This document shows positions 24,268-37,167 of a DNA stretch of 64,000 nucleotides, piece by piece (position 1 is the stretch's first letter; every line of letters starts with the position of its first letter). Made by a program: the position numbers and the translations under genes. Origin of the DNA: Podarcis pityusensis (taxonomy: Eukaryota); NCBI GenBank assembly GCA_964106645.2, contig OZ067041.1; one strand, written 5' to 3'. The notes under the pieces are model-generated. The model made no database searches. It was not told the origin of the DNA and saw nothing but the letters and a program-made list of their open reading frames with translations.

Positions 24268-27200
24268 TTCTCCTGAGACATGGGTTCAAGACCATCAAGG
24301 AAGGGAATGGCTCCATGGCCAAATAACCGAAGGGCAGGGTTGAGAGAGGCAAAGGGGGCAGCCCTAGATACACACTGGTGGCAAAAGCAGCCTACAGTGC
24401 CTCACTCACCTCAACCCCAGTCTCAAGACCCACCAGGATCCCAGGAGCATGAGAACTGCAGGAAGATTCCTGGTATGGTGGAAAAGTTCATGTTTGATAC
24501 ATTGGAAGTCCCCGTACATACTACATTAGGAAAACAGGAGGCGCACATTAGCCCAATCATCAGGAGTGCTGCAGCCAGCCCTTTTAACACACCCTTCCGA
24601 CTGGCAATCCATGTGATCAAGACGCCCTTCTGCTATCAGTAGCAAATGGTGTGATGGGGCTGTGCCACTTAGCTGACCTCCCTCTGGCTGAGTCTGCTTT
24701 ATACTGGGATGGATAGGCGTGTGGTGGCAATGAGGTCAGCATGCTGCAAACTGCATTGGCTCCATTTGTACCATGCCCACCCTGCTGCTGCCCTGCTCCC
24801 TCCCTCTCTGTCCCAGCATGCAGTAGCAGGTAGGCCAGGCAAGTGGCAAAGCCCCACGACACCGTCTGCTACTGTCTGCTGTTTTACATGATAGGTTGGT
24901 CCTGCCAGGTAGTATCAGAGCAAGACTAATTGCCTCCCTCCTCATCCCCCTCCCTGCAAACTGACTACCTCATATAACCTGGCAGCAGCACTTATCTGTG
25001 CACTCTGAGATGCCTGACCCCCTCTTAGTCAAGAGAACCATAGTAAGCAGAGAGGGGAGAGACCACTCTTCTCCTTACCATCCTATCCTGAGGCCAGCTG
25101 AGCAAAGGAGTACTTATCTGTCCATCCATAGCAACAAAGAAACTACGCTTGTGACACAATCAAAGTTCTTACTCAGAATGTATGAGACTCTGAAAGGGAA
25201 AGAAGTATCTATAGGGTTGCCAAACACTCATCTCAACAAGGCTTCTGTGTCTTGGTCAGTGGTTTGACAGACAGAAGGGTAGCAGGCTTGGTGATCTGTC
25301 AGGTACTAGCTCCATACTGGGAGCATCATCCGTGGTACAACTGTCTGCAATTAACCTTGCAAGGGTGTGGCAGTCTGCCTGGAGCAAGAGGAACAGCTGA
25401 GAGCATCCTTGTAACTGCTGCAGGTCATAAGGTGGGACTAGCTGGTGTTGTGAGAGCTGTGAGATTGGTGCTGTGCTTGTGGAAGAGCTGCTTGTGGAGA
25501 ACAAGGAGAGACACACACAGTGAGAGAGAGAGAGAGAGGACAGCAAACAATAGATAGCAGCTGGAGTGCATAGTCTTTGAAACAGTAAGTGTTTGTGTGA
25601 GGAGGTAAGAGATCGCCAACAGAGAGCTTACCTGCTTATAGCAGCTCGCCTGTGTAGGTGGACACCATATTGCATCGTTAGAGCAATACAGTTCAGATAA
25701 GGCTCAGCATTTGCATGCATAGACAAGGAATACACTTGGAGCAGCTCCCCATTACAGCACGTGTTTCACACTTCTCTGTGTAGGGTATTCTATCCTTGCA
25801 TTCCCAGCTGTTAGACGGGAGTAGAGATTGCTGTTGGCTGGTCCTGCCTGGAGCCTTGAAGCAGGGTAGCTTCCAGGGTTCTAGGGGTAGGAAGTGTTCA
25901 CAATATGCAGAAACGTCTGGTGGTGCTTAGGACATAAATCTTTTGCGAACCGATCTCTTTTTATGCAAAGTGTCCTTTTTTCTGTTATTTCCTTTCAGCG
26001 GGGTTCCCTGTTGTGAGCTCAAAGTCTGTGTAACATCATCAGTACAGCCCTGTGCCTCACCACCTATCATTTGATGTATGGTTTATGCATAGTTTGTATT
26101 ACTGGTAGTGTGAGTGGGTGTTGAGTTAAAGCATTTCCTATGTTCTGTCATCGTGACAAGGGCAGGGCAGATAATGGGGAAAGCAATTTTAATTTTGCCC
26201 TCCCATTGACACCAGTGAAATGGAAATTCCTTATACTAGCTTGATGCAAAGTTTGCTCATTGACAGGGATGTGAATGTGAGTTGAAGCAATGTAGGATTT
26301 GGTATAAGCATCCTCCTCACGCAGTTATGCCAGCATAGCTGGGCTTCCCCAAGGTCTTAGAGCAGCAGATCTCAAGTACAGAATTGTGCCCTAATTCTAT
26401 TACTATATTAAACAAGTTATCAATTGAACTAAGAATGTTTCAATAGGTTTTGTGGGGGTTGGCGGTGCTTTTGCGCCTTTCTCAAACTGAGCAAGTGGTA
26501 TTTGGTTGATTCCTTGGTTAGGAGTACTGAAAAGAGAATTCTTTTGCAGAATAAAATTAAGATACCTGTGGCTTGAAGCCTGTAATGTGAGATTTTTATT
26601 TTTATTTTTGCTGGTAGGGGCATGAAGGCAGGATAAATCTGATTTGCATTATATCCATAGTGCTGTGATCCAGTAAAAATGTGGCTAAGGAATCACTGAC
26701 TGCACTCCCAATGGAATTTATGTACTGAGTAAAATACTTTGGCACTGATCTGTCAAACCATACATGCACACTGTAGGTTTCACACAGACTGCTACATGTG
26801 AGGAAAAGATGGCTGTTACTTGGATACAGCTGGTAATTTGCTGCACCAGCAGCAGCCAGGAAATCAGAGCCCTTTCCCCCCAAAATCTATTTGGTACAAA
26901 ATGCCCCAATCATTTTGTTTGGCAGTGTGGCAAATAACACATTATCACATGCATGCATCCTCTGTTGCAATTTTTAAAATGACCCAGTTGCCCACACATA
27001 CTTACATGAGTCAGTAGTGCCCCTAAAAAAAGGAAAGAAGTAATTTTTGTAACCTTTTCCTACCTAGTCTCCTAGAGGCAGTACTTACTCACCACCAGCA
27101 ACTAGGCAAGTGGTTATTTACAAGCCTGTAATTATCTATGTAAATTGTACATCTACCTTTTCATGTCAGTTTGTCTTTGATGCTAAGTTAGTGTACTTCA

Positions 27201-27554
27201 TTATATGCAATTTTCTATTTTGTATTCATGTATAATTTTAGTGATGCAAAGTGGGCTTGCTGTAAAAATGTCTTGTAATGAAGCATGTGTTCCTCAATAA
27301 TTGCTTTCCGTAGCATATACTATATATTTCATCCATTGCAATTTTATTTTCCCAGCTTCCTGCTGTTTGCTGCAAAGTTTTATTTTGCTAGAAACGCTTT
27401 TTATTTTATAAAGAGAGCTCGCCCATTATTATTATAGTTTTCTTTATTATTTTGCATTTTTACCAAATTTATACAAAAATTCCTCTGAACTATGTACTAG
27501 ATTGCCTAAGGCCTGTAATCCTAAATACCACATTTGGAGTAGTCTGTACAATTC

Positions 27555-28040
27555 TGCTCATATCACCTCAAAAAGGGTATTGTAGAGCTTTTTAAAGAGA
27601 TGTAACCAAAAGTATCAGGGGGTTTGAGCAGCTCTTCTGTGAGGAAAGGTTGCAAAATCTGAGGCTTTTTAATTTAGAAAAATAAATGATAGAGCTGCCT
27701 AAGATGGTGCATGGCACGAAGAAAGTAGATAAGAAGATTCTCCGCCGCCCCAGTCCCTGCTCATTCTCCCATGATACTAGAAGCTGGGGCCATTCAACAG
27801 AACTGAGTGTTGAAAGATGCAGAACGCATAAAATAAAGTTCTTCACACAGCACATAGTTGAGCAATGGAATTTACCCCCATGAGACGTATGGATGATCAC
27901 TAACTAAAAGATTAGGAAAAATTATGGAAGATGCCTCTGATTGCCAGTTGCTAGAAATCAGAAGTGGGAAGAATGTTGGTGTGCTCAAGTCCTGTCTTCA
28001 GGCTTCTCATAGGCATCTGGTTGGCAACTGTTAGAACATG
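27555..28040 (+). mobile_element. Degraded CR1 3' fragment
   Basis: MIELPKMVHGTKKVDK...HDTRSWGHSTEL...KFFTQHIVEQWNLP resembles the CR1 ORF2 C-terminus. Confidence 0.8.
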
Positions 28041-29397
28041 ATAGTTTCAAAATGCTTTAGGGGGTTTCGTCAAACTGTGTTTCAGGGAACCCTGGGTTTC
28101 CTCAGAGGTTAATCAAAGGTAACTCGGTGTGAAGATCACTGATAGTGGACAATCATCCCTTAAAAAAAAAAAAAAGGTTTAATCATCATTACCACTACAA
28201 CAGTGATAAGACAAGGGTGGCAGATATAGATCAGGATTATCCTCTTAGATTTATTGGTGATTTGCATCTGATTGGCAAGAGGGGGTTGACTCTCAAATGC
28301 TTAACAGAAGCAACAACACCCAAATTAGATATACTGCTGGAATAAGGAAAGCAAAGTGGGAGTGGACTTTTGTGTGAAAAGACTGCTCAGTTCAGTTGTG
28401 ATACTGAAAACAAATCCATGGGCTAACTTTATGTCCATTGTACCTGGGTCTCATTGGTAGATCTTAGGGTTATGGTAAATATAAAGCAGATCTGAGAAGT
28501 CTGAAGTCTGTCCACTTGTACCCTAGGATAGCCTTCCCCAATCTAGTGCCCCCCCCCTATTCCTTGGACTACAACTGCCATCAGCCTCAGCCAGCATGGC
28601 CCAGTGGTTGGGTAATGGGAGTATAGTCCAATTATCTGGAGGACACTGGGATGGGAGAGACTGTTCTAAGAAGTTACGTTCTCAGATCAACCACAAGGTT
28701 CAATATATTTTGCCTGTAAGCCACCCCACATGAACTGTGACTCTTACAACATGCTTCAACATGCCTCAGGTCCCTCTAAGAGGCTGTGATTCCATGTGAA
28801 AGGTTATCTCAGTAGACATGCCAGTGTAGAGGCTTGCCCTGGGCGCAGGGCCAAGCGCCACTATTGGTCAGTTGGTCCTGTGCTCAGGGGAACACCCTCT
28901 AATTCCTGCCGCCATTGGCCAAGCATCAAATAGCTCTTACAAGATTTCTCTTCGTATAACAGCAGCTGAAGAATGTAAAAACTGAAATGTTTTACTTTAA
29001 AACTAATGTATCCGTTGTGTGTGTGTGTGTTTACACACATAAACATTTACACATAGGTTTATGTGCACACCCACCCACTTTATAATCAATCCCCTCCAAG
29101 CAAATTCCATTTTTTTCAAAAGGAGGTTAATTTTGTGATTGATCCATAAAATTTATGCAATTCCAAGACAACTCTTTGACTGGATTCTGTTATTCAGGCG
29201 GAGTTGACAATGAATTCATGCATATGGGCATCTCAGGTCACAAGAGAAATACGAAGGGAATTTGGTTCTCAAAGAGCAGGGGCGGTATTTGCAATACTTT
29301 TGAATAATAGCAGTGTCATCAGTCTGGTGGAATAACAGTTCTAAAATTAGACCTTTGGAAATGAAAAGGACTTATTTGGTTTTTAAATAGCATGCCT

Positions 29398-29492
29398 TAT
29401 AGTTCAATCCTATGCATGTCTATTCAAAATCAAGTCCCATTTATTTCAATGGGGCTTACTCTCAGGTGAGTGAATATAGGGTTCCAACCTTA
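29398..29492. mobile_element. Representative of the ~90-bp palindromic GCTGCAATCC-ended MITE family
   Basis: caatcctatgcatg..aagtcccatt..tcaatggggcttac..tatagggtt. Related copies at ~2340, 5343, 6630, 14037, 32790, 36868, 53569 and 53760. Confidence 0.65.
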
Positions 29493-30184
29493 GTATCTTT
29501 TTACCACCTGGGGCTTTTATGTAGACCATGTGATTAAGCGCCATTATAGCTAACAGGGCCTAGATACATATTAATGTGTACAGCTAATATTTAGATCTTA
29601 AATAATATGCATGCATAATATGTGTGGCTGTGAGAGCGGAGTGACTTTCTGACTGATTCTACTGTAGTTTGTCACACATGACTTGTGTCATGAGAAAGTG
29701 GATGGGAATCTGCTTTGCCATCCACTTAGTATTATGGTTGGGAAGATGCATTCACCACTCACTTTTAAGTACAGATGGGGCTAACCACAGCTAGTGTCAG
29801 AGATAAGCATCATTATGCACCTACCAAGTCCCACACCTCTTTTTGGGGGGCCTATAACTGACCCAAATTGTTGAAAATCCACATACAATCTTCCCTCCCC
29901 TCCTACAGAGGAACAACATGAGCCAATTTTAAGGTCATGGTTATATGGGAAAATATCACTGCAAACTAATATTACTGCCAGTGACAATCCAAAGCTATGT
30001 CCTCAAATGCCACAATCACAGAAAATGCACCCGGTCATATCTACTGACTGTATTCATACAAACACATGGGACCACATGGTAAATGGTGGACTATAAGTAC
30101 CTATAACCTAGCCCACACTCATGCTTTTCCATATGATAGTGGGTACAAATCTGGCCAAGAATAACAAGTTGTGCTGCTCAAATA

Positions 30185-30426
30185 CAGTGGTACCTCGGGT
30201 TACATGTGCTTCAGGTTACATACGCTTCAGGTTACAGACTCCACTAACCCGGAAATATTACCTCAGGTTAAGAACTTTGCTTCAGGATGAGAACAGAAAT
30301 TGTGCTCTGGCGGCGCGGCAGCTGCAGGAGGCCCCATTAGCTAAAGTGGTGCTTCAGGTTAAGAACAGTTTCAGGTTAAGTACGGACCTCTAGAACAAAT
30401 TAAGTACTTAACCCGAGGTACCACTG
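30185..30426 (+). mobile_element. Tc1/mariner (Tigger/pogo-like) MITE
   Basis: Perfect TIR CAGTGGTACCTCGGGTTA, TA target duplication, internal TCAGGTTA repeats. Confidence 0.93.
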
Positions 30427-33079
30427 TATAGGATAAATAGTCTTGAATGAAGCACTCATTTAAGTTAACCTGGTGCCTTCCAACTGTTGCTGGACTAGAG
30501 TTAACATTGTGCCTGGCCACTGGCCATTGGTCCAAAAATTCTAGAGGGGACCAGGCTAGGGGAAGCCGGCACAGACTATACTTATTTCTTCTGAAAATAT
30601 GTAATAACATATTGAGGGTTATTGTAATGTAAAGATATCTTGGGATACCTTGTACAGTTTTCAGAAATACTCTGGATTCCCCCCCCCAAAAAAAACCCTC
30701 TTGATGACTTGCCAGTTTATTTTTCCCACAGTCCACTTCTTGGTGCTCAGGAGATGTTATAATTGCATTTATAATTGGTATTGATAAGATAACTTTAAAA
30801 AGATCAAATGCTAGAACAGAATTGCCATACCTGATTTTTAAGTGGCTAATAGGGGTTTGATGACAGTCTAGATCTCTGTTGGATCTGCCTGACTGTCCTC
30901 TTGAAGTTTCTCATAGAAGAACATAGCAAGTACATGTAAAAACTCCAGCAAAAGATCCTAAGCCTGTCAGCAATGTGTACATGCGAGCCCAGGTACACAC
31001 TTGTAACAACATTATGTGTTCGTGTGTCCCAATCACTGTAGCTTAGATTTTATCATGGTGAGGAAGGAAGAGAAGAAATGGAGGAAAAAGGGAGATGTAT
31101 TTGGAATGACTCTTGAGTATGAACTAAAAAAGACTGCAGTACAAGAATAAATGAGAAAGCAATCAGAAGCTGAGAAAGAATGGCTAGAGAGAAGCCCATG
31201 GAAAGTAATTTGGTTCTGGCATGATTGCCAGAGAGTCCGTGATGAGGCTGTTCCTGCATTTTCACCTTCTATGGTTTTTGACACACACCCCTGCCTGCCC
31301 CACTCCAGGTGTCCACTAAATTTTTCTTTCTCTCTCCCTTCATTTTGCGTTTATGGTTAGCTGGAAAAGGAAGCAAACTTCTGATGTGCCCTAGTTCCCA
31401 CAAGTAAAAGGTTACAGCGCATCTACATATTCAAGTTCCAGAGACATTTCCCCCTCTGAGCTTGGGAGGGGGGGGGGAAGGCTAAATAAATAAAGTTCAT
31501 TGATTTTATTTAAATGATTTCTTAACTCACTGATGGCAAAAGAACCTGTAAGCATTGCACAACAAATGACATCATATAAAATGCCGTATTTTAATAATCA
31601 AAAAATCCTTATTAAAATAGCATTATGGTATTCAACTAGCAATACCTATAATCGTACAAGTTGTATTTTCAAATTTGCCCTGTCTTTCTCAAGGATATCC
31701 TTGAGGTAGCAAGAACAGTTATATAGGTATTGAATGCTTTATCACTACCAGATGGAAGAGGGGTGGCATACATTATCATCTTAATTGTAAAATTTAATAT
31801 TACTTGCTGAACGTTACGTTGGTAAACATTGTAAATTCAGGGGGGAAATGTTGCTCCCTTGTCTTTAATTCGCCTATAAATCTCTTAATCATTTTTTAGA
31901 CTCTACATTTAACCCTGTGTCTTCTTTTTTTAAAATGTAACCTGTAGCAAAAATGCAAGCTGCACATTACATAATCTGCTATGGCAACATTTCACTGTGC
32001 AGTTTTAATCTCCCTGCCATGACAACTATAAGCAGAAGAATGGATCCACTCCAGCTAAAGTTAGTCATACTCAAAATCAATGGGGCTTGTTTGGCATGAC
32101 TAACTTATTTTCTATGAGAATGAAAGGCTACTAAATTTAGCTAGATCAGGGCCTATGTACTCTGTGAGAAGAGCAGGGATAGGAATCAAAGCAGTAACAT
32201 GAAGGGTTGCTTAACAGTAAATTAGTGGCGTTGCATCCCTGAGCCCTTTTCACCTAGATACATAGCAAATTTTGTCTGCTAATTTCATCTGGCAGATGTT
32301 GTGCCTGACTACTTCTCAGTCTTGTCTCACATTTTGACTGCCACACTTTCCCAGTCTAATTGTATCAAATTTATTGGCGCATCTGTTGATATTTGGGCGT
32401 ACTGATGCAATTGCACAAATTTGATATTCAGGGAGGGGGCAGCAAAACCATGCTGCAGTTTGGGGATGCAGAAGACATGTATAGGATTTTGCTGTATGTT
32501 TCTGAAGAGTGGGTGAATCCTTCCAGGGCTGATATGAGGCACTTTGGTACCTAAGGTAAAGAACATTTCACATATATAGAGGCTAACCAGACTGGCAAGT
32601 AAATTTTACTTCAGCACTGGTGATGAGATAGCTTTACCCAGGCAACCCACCTAACTGGATTAATTGCTACCCTTGTCCTGTATCAACAACCACACCTATT
32701 ACTTAAAATGATCTCCTATCCATAAGTGTTCATTGAAATATTTGCCTAGTTACTAAAACATACAAAATGGGTAACTACAGCTGCTGTCTTACACCCTGTA
32801 CATAAGCCCCACTGAACCCTGTGAAGCTTACTTCTGAGTAAACATGCATAGGTTTGTGCTGTAAGGATGCAATGGCACATTAGACAGGAAAAGGGCATTG
32901 CCACTTAAAACAACATTCTGATAGTATGTATTTTCCACTCTTCCCCAAATTGTGTTGGATCACTTGCCCTGTGGGATAGTATCCTTGCATTATACATTTT
33001 GTTGCCCACACAGTATCGGCTGTTGACTGTGAGCACAGGGTAACGCAAAACATAATGACTTCATGCTCAGTAATCCCAC

Positions 33080-34004
33080 ATGTTCCAGGAAAGGAGTGAT
33101 GGGAGACTTACTGGAATCAGCAAGGGAAACCCACATGGCCTGAAAGTGTTGCTGTGCAATTCCAGGTCAATGATGAATAAAACCACTGCCATCCACGACC
33201 TGATTGTGGATGGAGGATTTGACCTGCCATGTGTGACAAAGACCTGGTTGGATGAAGCAGACGGGCCTGTCCTTGCCGCTGTTTGTCCACCAAGTTTCTC
33301 TTACGCACAGCAACCCAGGTCATGTGGGTGGGGAGGGAGGGTTGCAGTGATTATTAGGAAGTCAATAGTCTGCACCACGTGTCCTATTGGGAAGATCTAG
33401 TTTTCTGAGTGCTTGTTCTGGAAGTTGGGCAATAGGGGCAGTACAGGATTCCTTTTGGTGTACCAACCTCTGGACTACTGCAATGCACTCTATGTGGGGC
33501 TACCTTTGAAGGTGACCCGGAAACTGCAATTAATCCAGAATGCAGCAGCTAGACTTGTGACTGGGAGTGAACGCTGGGACCACATAACACCGGTCCTGAG
33601 AGATCTGCTCCCAGTACGTTTCCGAGCACAATTCAAAGTGTTGGTGCTGACCTTTAAAGCCCTAAACGGCCTCGGTCCTGTATACGTGAAGGAGTGTCTC
33701 CACCGCCATCGTTCAGCCCGGACACTGAGATCCAGCGCCAAGGGCCTTCTGGCGGTTTCCTCATTGTGAGAAGTGAGGTTACAGGGAACCAGACAGAGGG
33801 CCTTCTTGCTAGTGGCCCACCCTGTGGAACACCCTCCCTTCTGATGTGAAGGAAATAAGCAGCTATCCTATCTTTAAAAGACATCTGAAGGCAGCCCTGT
33901 TTAGGGAAGTTTTTAATATTTAATGCTGTATTGTTTTTAACACTCGATTGGGAGCCGCCCAGAGTGGCTGGGGAAACTCAGCCAGATGGGCGGGGTATAA
34001 ATAA

Positions 34005-34047
<43 letters not shown>
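33080..34047 (+). mobile_element. L2-clade LINE, internally deleted (APE N-terminus joined to ORF2 C-terminus, 3'UTR and (ATT)n tail)
   Basis: LLCNSRSMMNK...CVTKTWL...PRSCGWGGRVAVI (APE), then LDYCNALYVGLP..KLQLIQNAAARL (L2 C-terminus), then gccgcccagag..gggcggggtataaataaa(tta)n. Confidence 0.92.
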
Positions 34048-34049
<2 letters not shown>

Positions 34050-35157
34050 CTAGGAATGCCATTGCCATTTCCAATGGTAGCCTCATGTCTGGCATATCAC
34101 ATTTCTGCCCTGGGTCAATGTACTCTAAGAAAGCAGTGGAGAGTAGAAAGGGGTTCCAATGGAAGATATATTTTCTAAGGTAAGGCTGACAATTAGAGCA
34201 TTCTTCCCCAAATGATTGATGCTTGTGGGGAGCAATGCAGGGGAAGCTGAGTTTACAATTTAATGCATTTTTTTTAATACTTTGAAACTGCAGCCACAAA
34301 GTGAATGACTAATGATTTAATATAACCATTTTTCTTTTTACCCATATTTTATTTTAATGTGTAATTTTCTCCTGTGGGTAGTCCTCATTCCTATCCACCT
34401 TTCTCTTAGCAAGGGCGTTTTCTCATCACAGTGTAGGAAATGCTGTATTTTATGGTCAGACTCCTAGCTCCTTTAGGGATGTGTAGAATTGGAGAAAATT
34501 CATGACTCTTGCATTTAAATTGTAAGAAAAGGGCTACAATTTTTTATTATAATTATAATTTGGTTCTTTCATTTATTTTTTTACTTTTTTTAAGACTAAT
34601 TTATACAATCACTTGTCCTGGCACAACAACCCCTAAAATCACTTCAGCCTTTGATTGCTTATTATTCCAGGGGACTGAAAGAGAGTCAACAGCCTTGACA
34701 AAATCATTCATAAACTGTTAGCATCTGTCTCTTTCATCATTATTTGTATTGTATTCCTGCAACACCATGGCGCTTCACAGGATACTATAAGTAAAAAGAT
34801 GATTTTGTTTAAGAAAAAGCTCCGGCTTCTAGGAGCTTACAATCTAATGTTTAATGACTGGGAGAGAGAATGGAAGAATGTGAAGAAATGCAATGCATAT
34901 TTTTTTTGTGGGGGTGACAGGGGTGTTAAACAAAGTTTGCATCAGTAAGGTGGGGCTTTAGGAAAGGTTTGAAGAAAAAGCATAGAATCATATAATTATA
35001 AAGTTGGAAGGGATTATAGAGATGTTCTCTGAGAGAGTTCAAGATGTCAGGGAAAGCATGAGAGAATTGGCATATGGTTTATGGCTCACATAAACAGTAG
35101 CAAAATTGTCTCTAATGGGTGGAGTTTACAGTTCCATTGAGATTGTAATTTGTGAAT

Positions 35158-35578
35158 AGTGACGGGTGAATCTGTCAATTTCAGTTTCTGAGTTTCTCAC
35201 TTTTGCAATCTAAAATTCAGTTCTCCACATTTCTGTATCAGTTTGCTATTTTTTTAAAGTCCTCATGAAAATCCATCAGCATTTTAGTGCAAATTTCTCC
35301 TAACATGCACGTGTCCATCTGGATTCTTGTCTAATATACACATTTCTGCAAAGCATTTTTTGCCTAATATAATGCATTTTTGCAAGTTATTTTCATGAAT
35401 ACGCATTCGTATCCACCCTTTTCGCCACCTATGTGGCATTATTTGGCTGGAGAACATCACTGCAAAATTCAAGTTTTGAAAGGAGTCTATATTGCATTTT
35501 TCAGATTATTTTGGAAAGTATGCATTAGGTAAATTTGCCTTTAAATGTAAACTGATTTGAAATTATTCTCAATCTCTA
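35158..35578 (-). mobile_element. Same ~400-bp family as 23218
   Basis: Reverse-complement similarity (ctgtcaattt..ttctccacatt..cctttaaatgtaaactga). Confidence 0.7.
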
Positions 35579-35925
35579 TCTGTGAGTGTCCCAAGATAGG
35601 CTTTGATTGAGACATCTTAGAATTCTCTATGGACTAGGTGAGCAGTTCTGAGGAATAGCAACCAAACTGTGATTGCTGTTACTTTATGTGTCTGTCAACA
35701 GCTGGTTAGTGTAACATTCATCTGTTGCAGAGATTTCTGTCCCTGTTTTTTATCACCAATCTCTTATTTCCTTCTGTATTTTAGACATCACAACAATAGA
35801 ATGTCTAAGATATGCTGGGAGATAAAAGGAACTCCCTTAGTGTGTTACTTCTTTAATTAGGATCTCTTTTGAAACACACCAAACACAGGCATCCAAGTTT
35901 TAGAAAGAATCAGACAAAAAAACCC

Positions 35926-36379
35926 TTTGTTGTTGTTTAGTGTCCAACTCTTCGTGACCCCATGGACCAGAGCACGCCAGGCACTTCTGTCTTTCACTGC
36001 CTCCCGCAGTTTGGTCAAACTCATGCTGGTAGCTTCGAGAACACTGTCCAACCATCTCGTCCTCTGTCGTCCCCTTCTCCTTGTGCCCTCAATCTTTCCC
36101 AGCATCAGGGTCTTTTCCAGGGAGTCTTCTCTTCTCATGAGGTGGCAAAGGTATTGGAGCCTCAGCTTCAGGATCTGTCCTTCCAGTGAGCACTCAGGGC
36201 TGATTTCCTTAAGAATGGAGAGGTTTGATCTTCTTGTAGTCCATGGGACTCTCAAGAGTCTCCTCCAGCACCATAATTCAAAAGCATCAATTCTTCGGCG
36301 ATCAGCCTTCTTTATGGTCCAGCTCTCACTTCAATACATCACTACTGGGAAAACCATGGCTTTAACTATACGGACCTTT
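35926..36379 (-). mobile_element. Bov-B (RTE) LINE 3' fragment
   Basis: RVPWTTRRSNLSILKEISPECSLEGQILKLRLQY..SLEKTLMLGKIEGTRRRGRQRTRWLD is the Bov-B ORF C-terminus. (CAA)n tail. Confidence 0.96.
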
Positions 36380-36448
36380 AGCTCTGTCTATAAAATTATA
36401 AAGTAGAGGAGGTTGAACTTTGGTGTTAATTGATTCTTCTGTCTAGCC

Positions 36449-36577
36449 CAGTGTTTCCAAACTTAGGTCTTCAGCTGTTTTTCAACTCCCATTATCCCTA
36501 GCTAGCAAGACCAGAGGTCTGGGATGATGGGAATTGTACTCCAAAAGGAGCTGGGGACCCAAATTTGGGAAGCACTG
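36449..36577. mobile_element. Representative short palindromic hAT-like MITE (actacaactccca family)
   Basis: TIRs CAGTGTTTCCAAA / TTTGGGAAGCACTG, TSD gtctagcc/gtctagtt. Relatives at ~715-843, 5215-5340, 10720-10845, 28527-28663, 38067-38172 and 52650-52735. Confidence 0.75.
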
Positions 36578-37131
36578 GTCTAGTTGGTGCTTTCTGCAGA
36601 TGATAGAGCTACTGGTTTGTCTAAAATTAGTGATACCCTAGTATGCCGTGATACACTTATGAATTCCCATATAATTTGGTGTTTTGTCTCAGTTTGGAGT
36701 GCAACACATAGGACTGATGTAATATTCTCTGCATTCTAGCCTCTTCCTTCTCGCATTCCACTGCAATAGAGCCCCTTAAAGATCAAGTTGGTAGAGTTAC
36801 TCATGATAAGTTTTTTTAAAAATCATTTACATATAGTGGTGCAGTTTGGCACCTTTGAACTTTTGCCTTACAGCACAACCCTGTGCATGTCTACTCAGTC
36901 TATAGACCCATTGTGTTCACTCCCAGGTAAGTGTGTACCTAGAATTATCATTGCATAACGCCCACCATAGGCTGAAGATGCACTTCCTTATCCCTTTGAC
37001 ACCTGGGAGAGAGGTATTTTAGGGGCTACCCTATTCTTTAGATTATAGATTGTTTCAAATGGTTTAGTGTTGTATTTTTATATTGTTTTAACCCACCCTG
37101 AGTCCCATGGTGAACGGCAGGTAAGACATTC

Positions 37132-37167
<36 letters not shown>

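Noticed and set aside
30195-30385. Regularly spaced cttcaggtta repeats superficially like a CRISPR array
   Set aside because: Vertebrate DNA. The repeats are ~10 bp, irregularly spaced and lie within a TIR/TA-flanked MITE.
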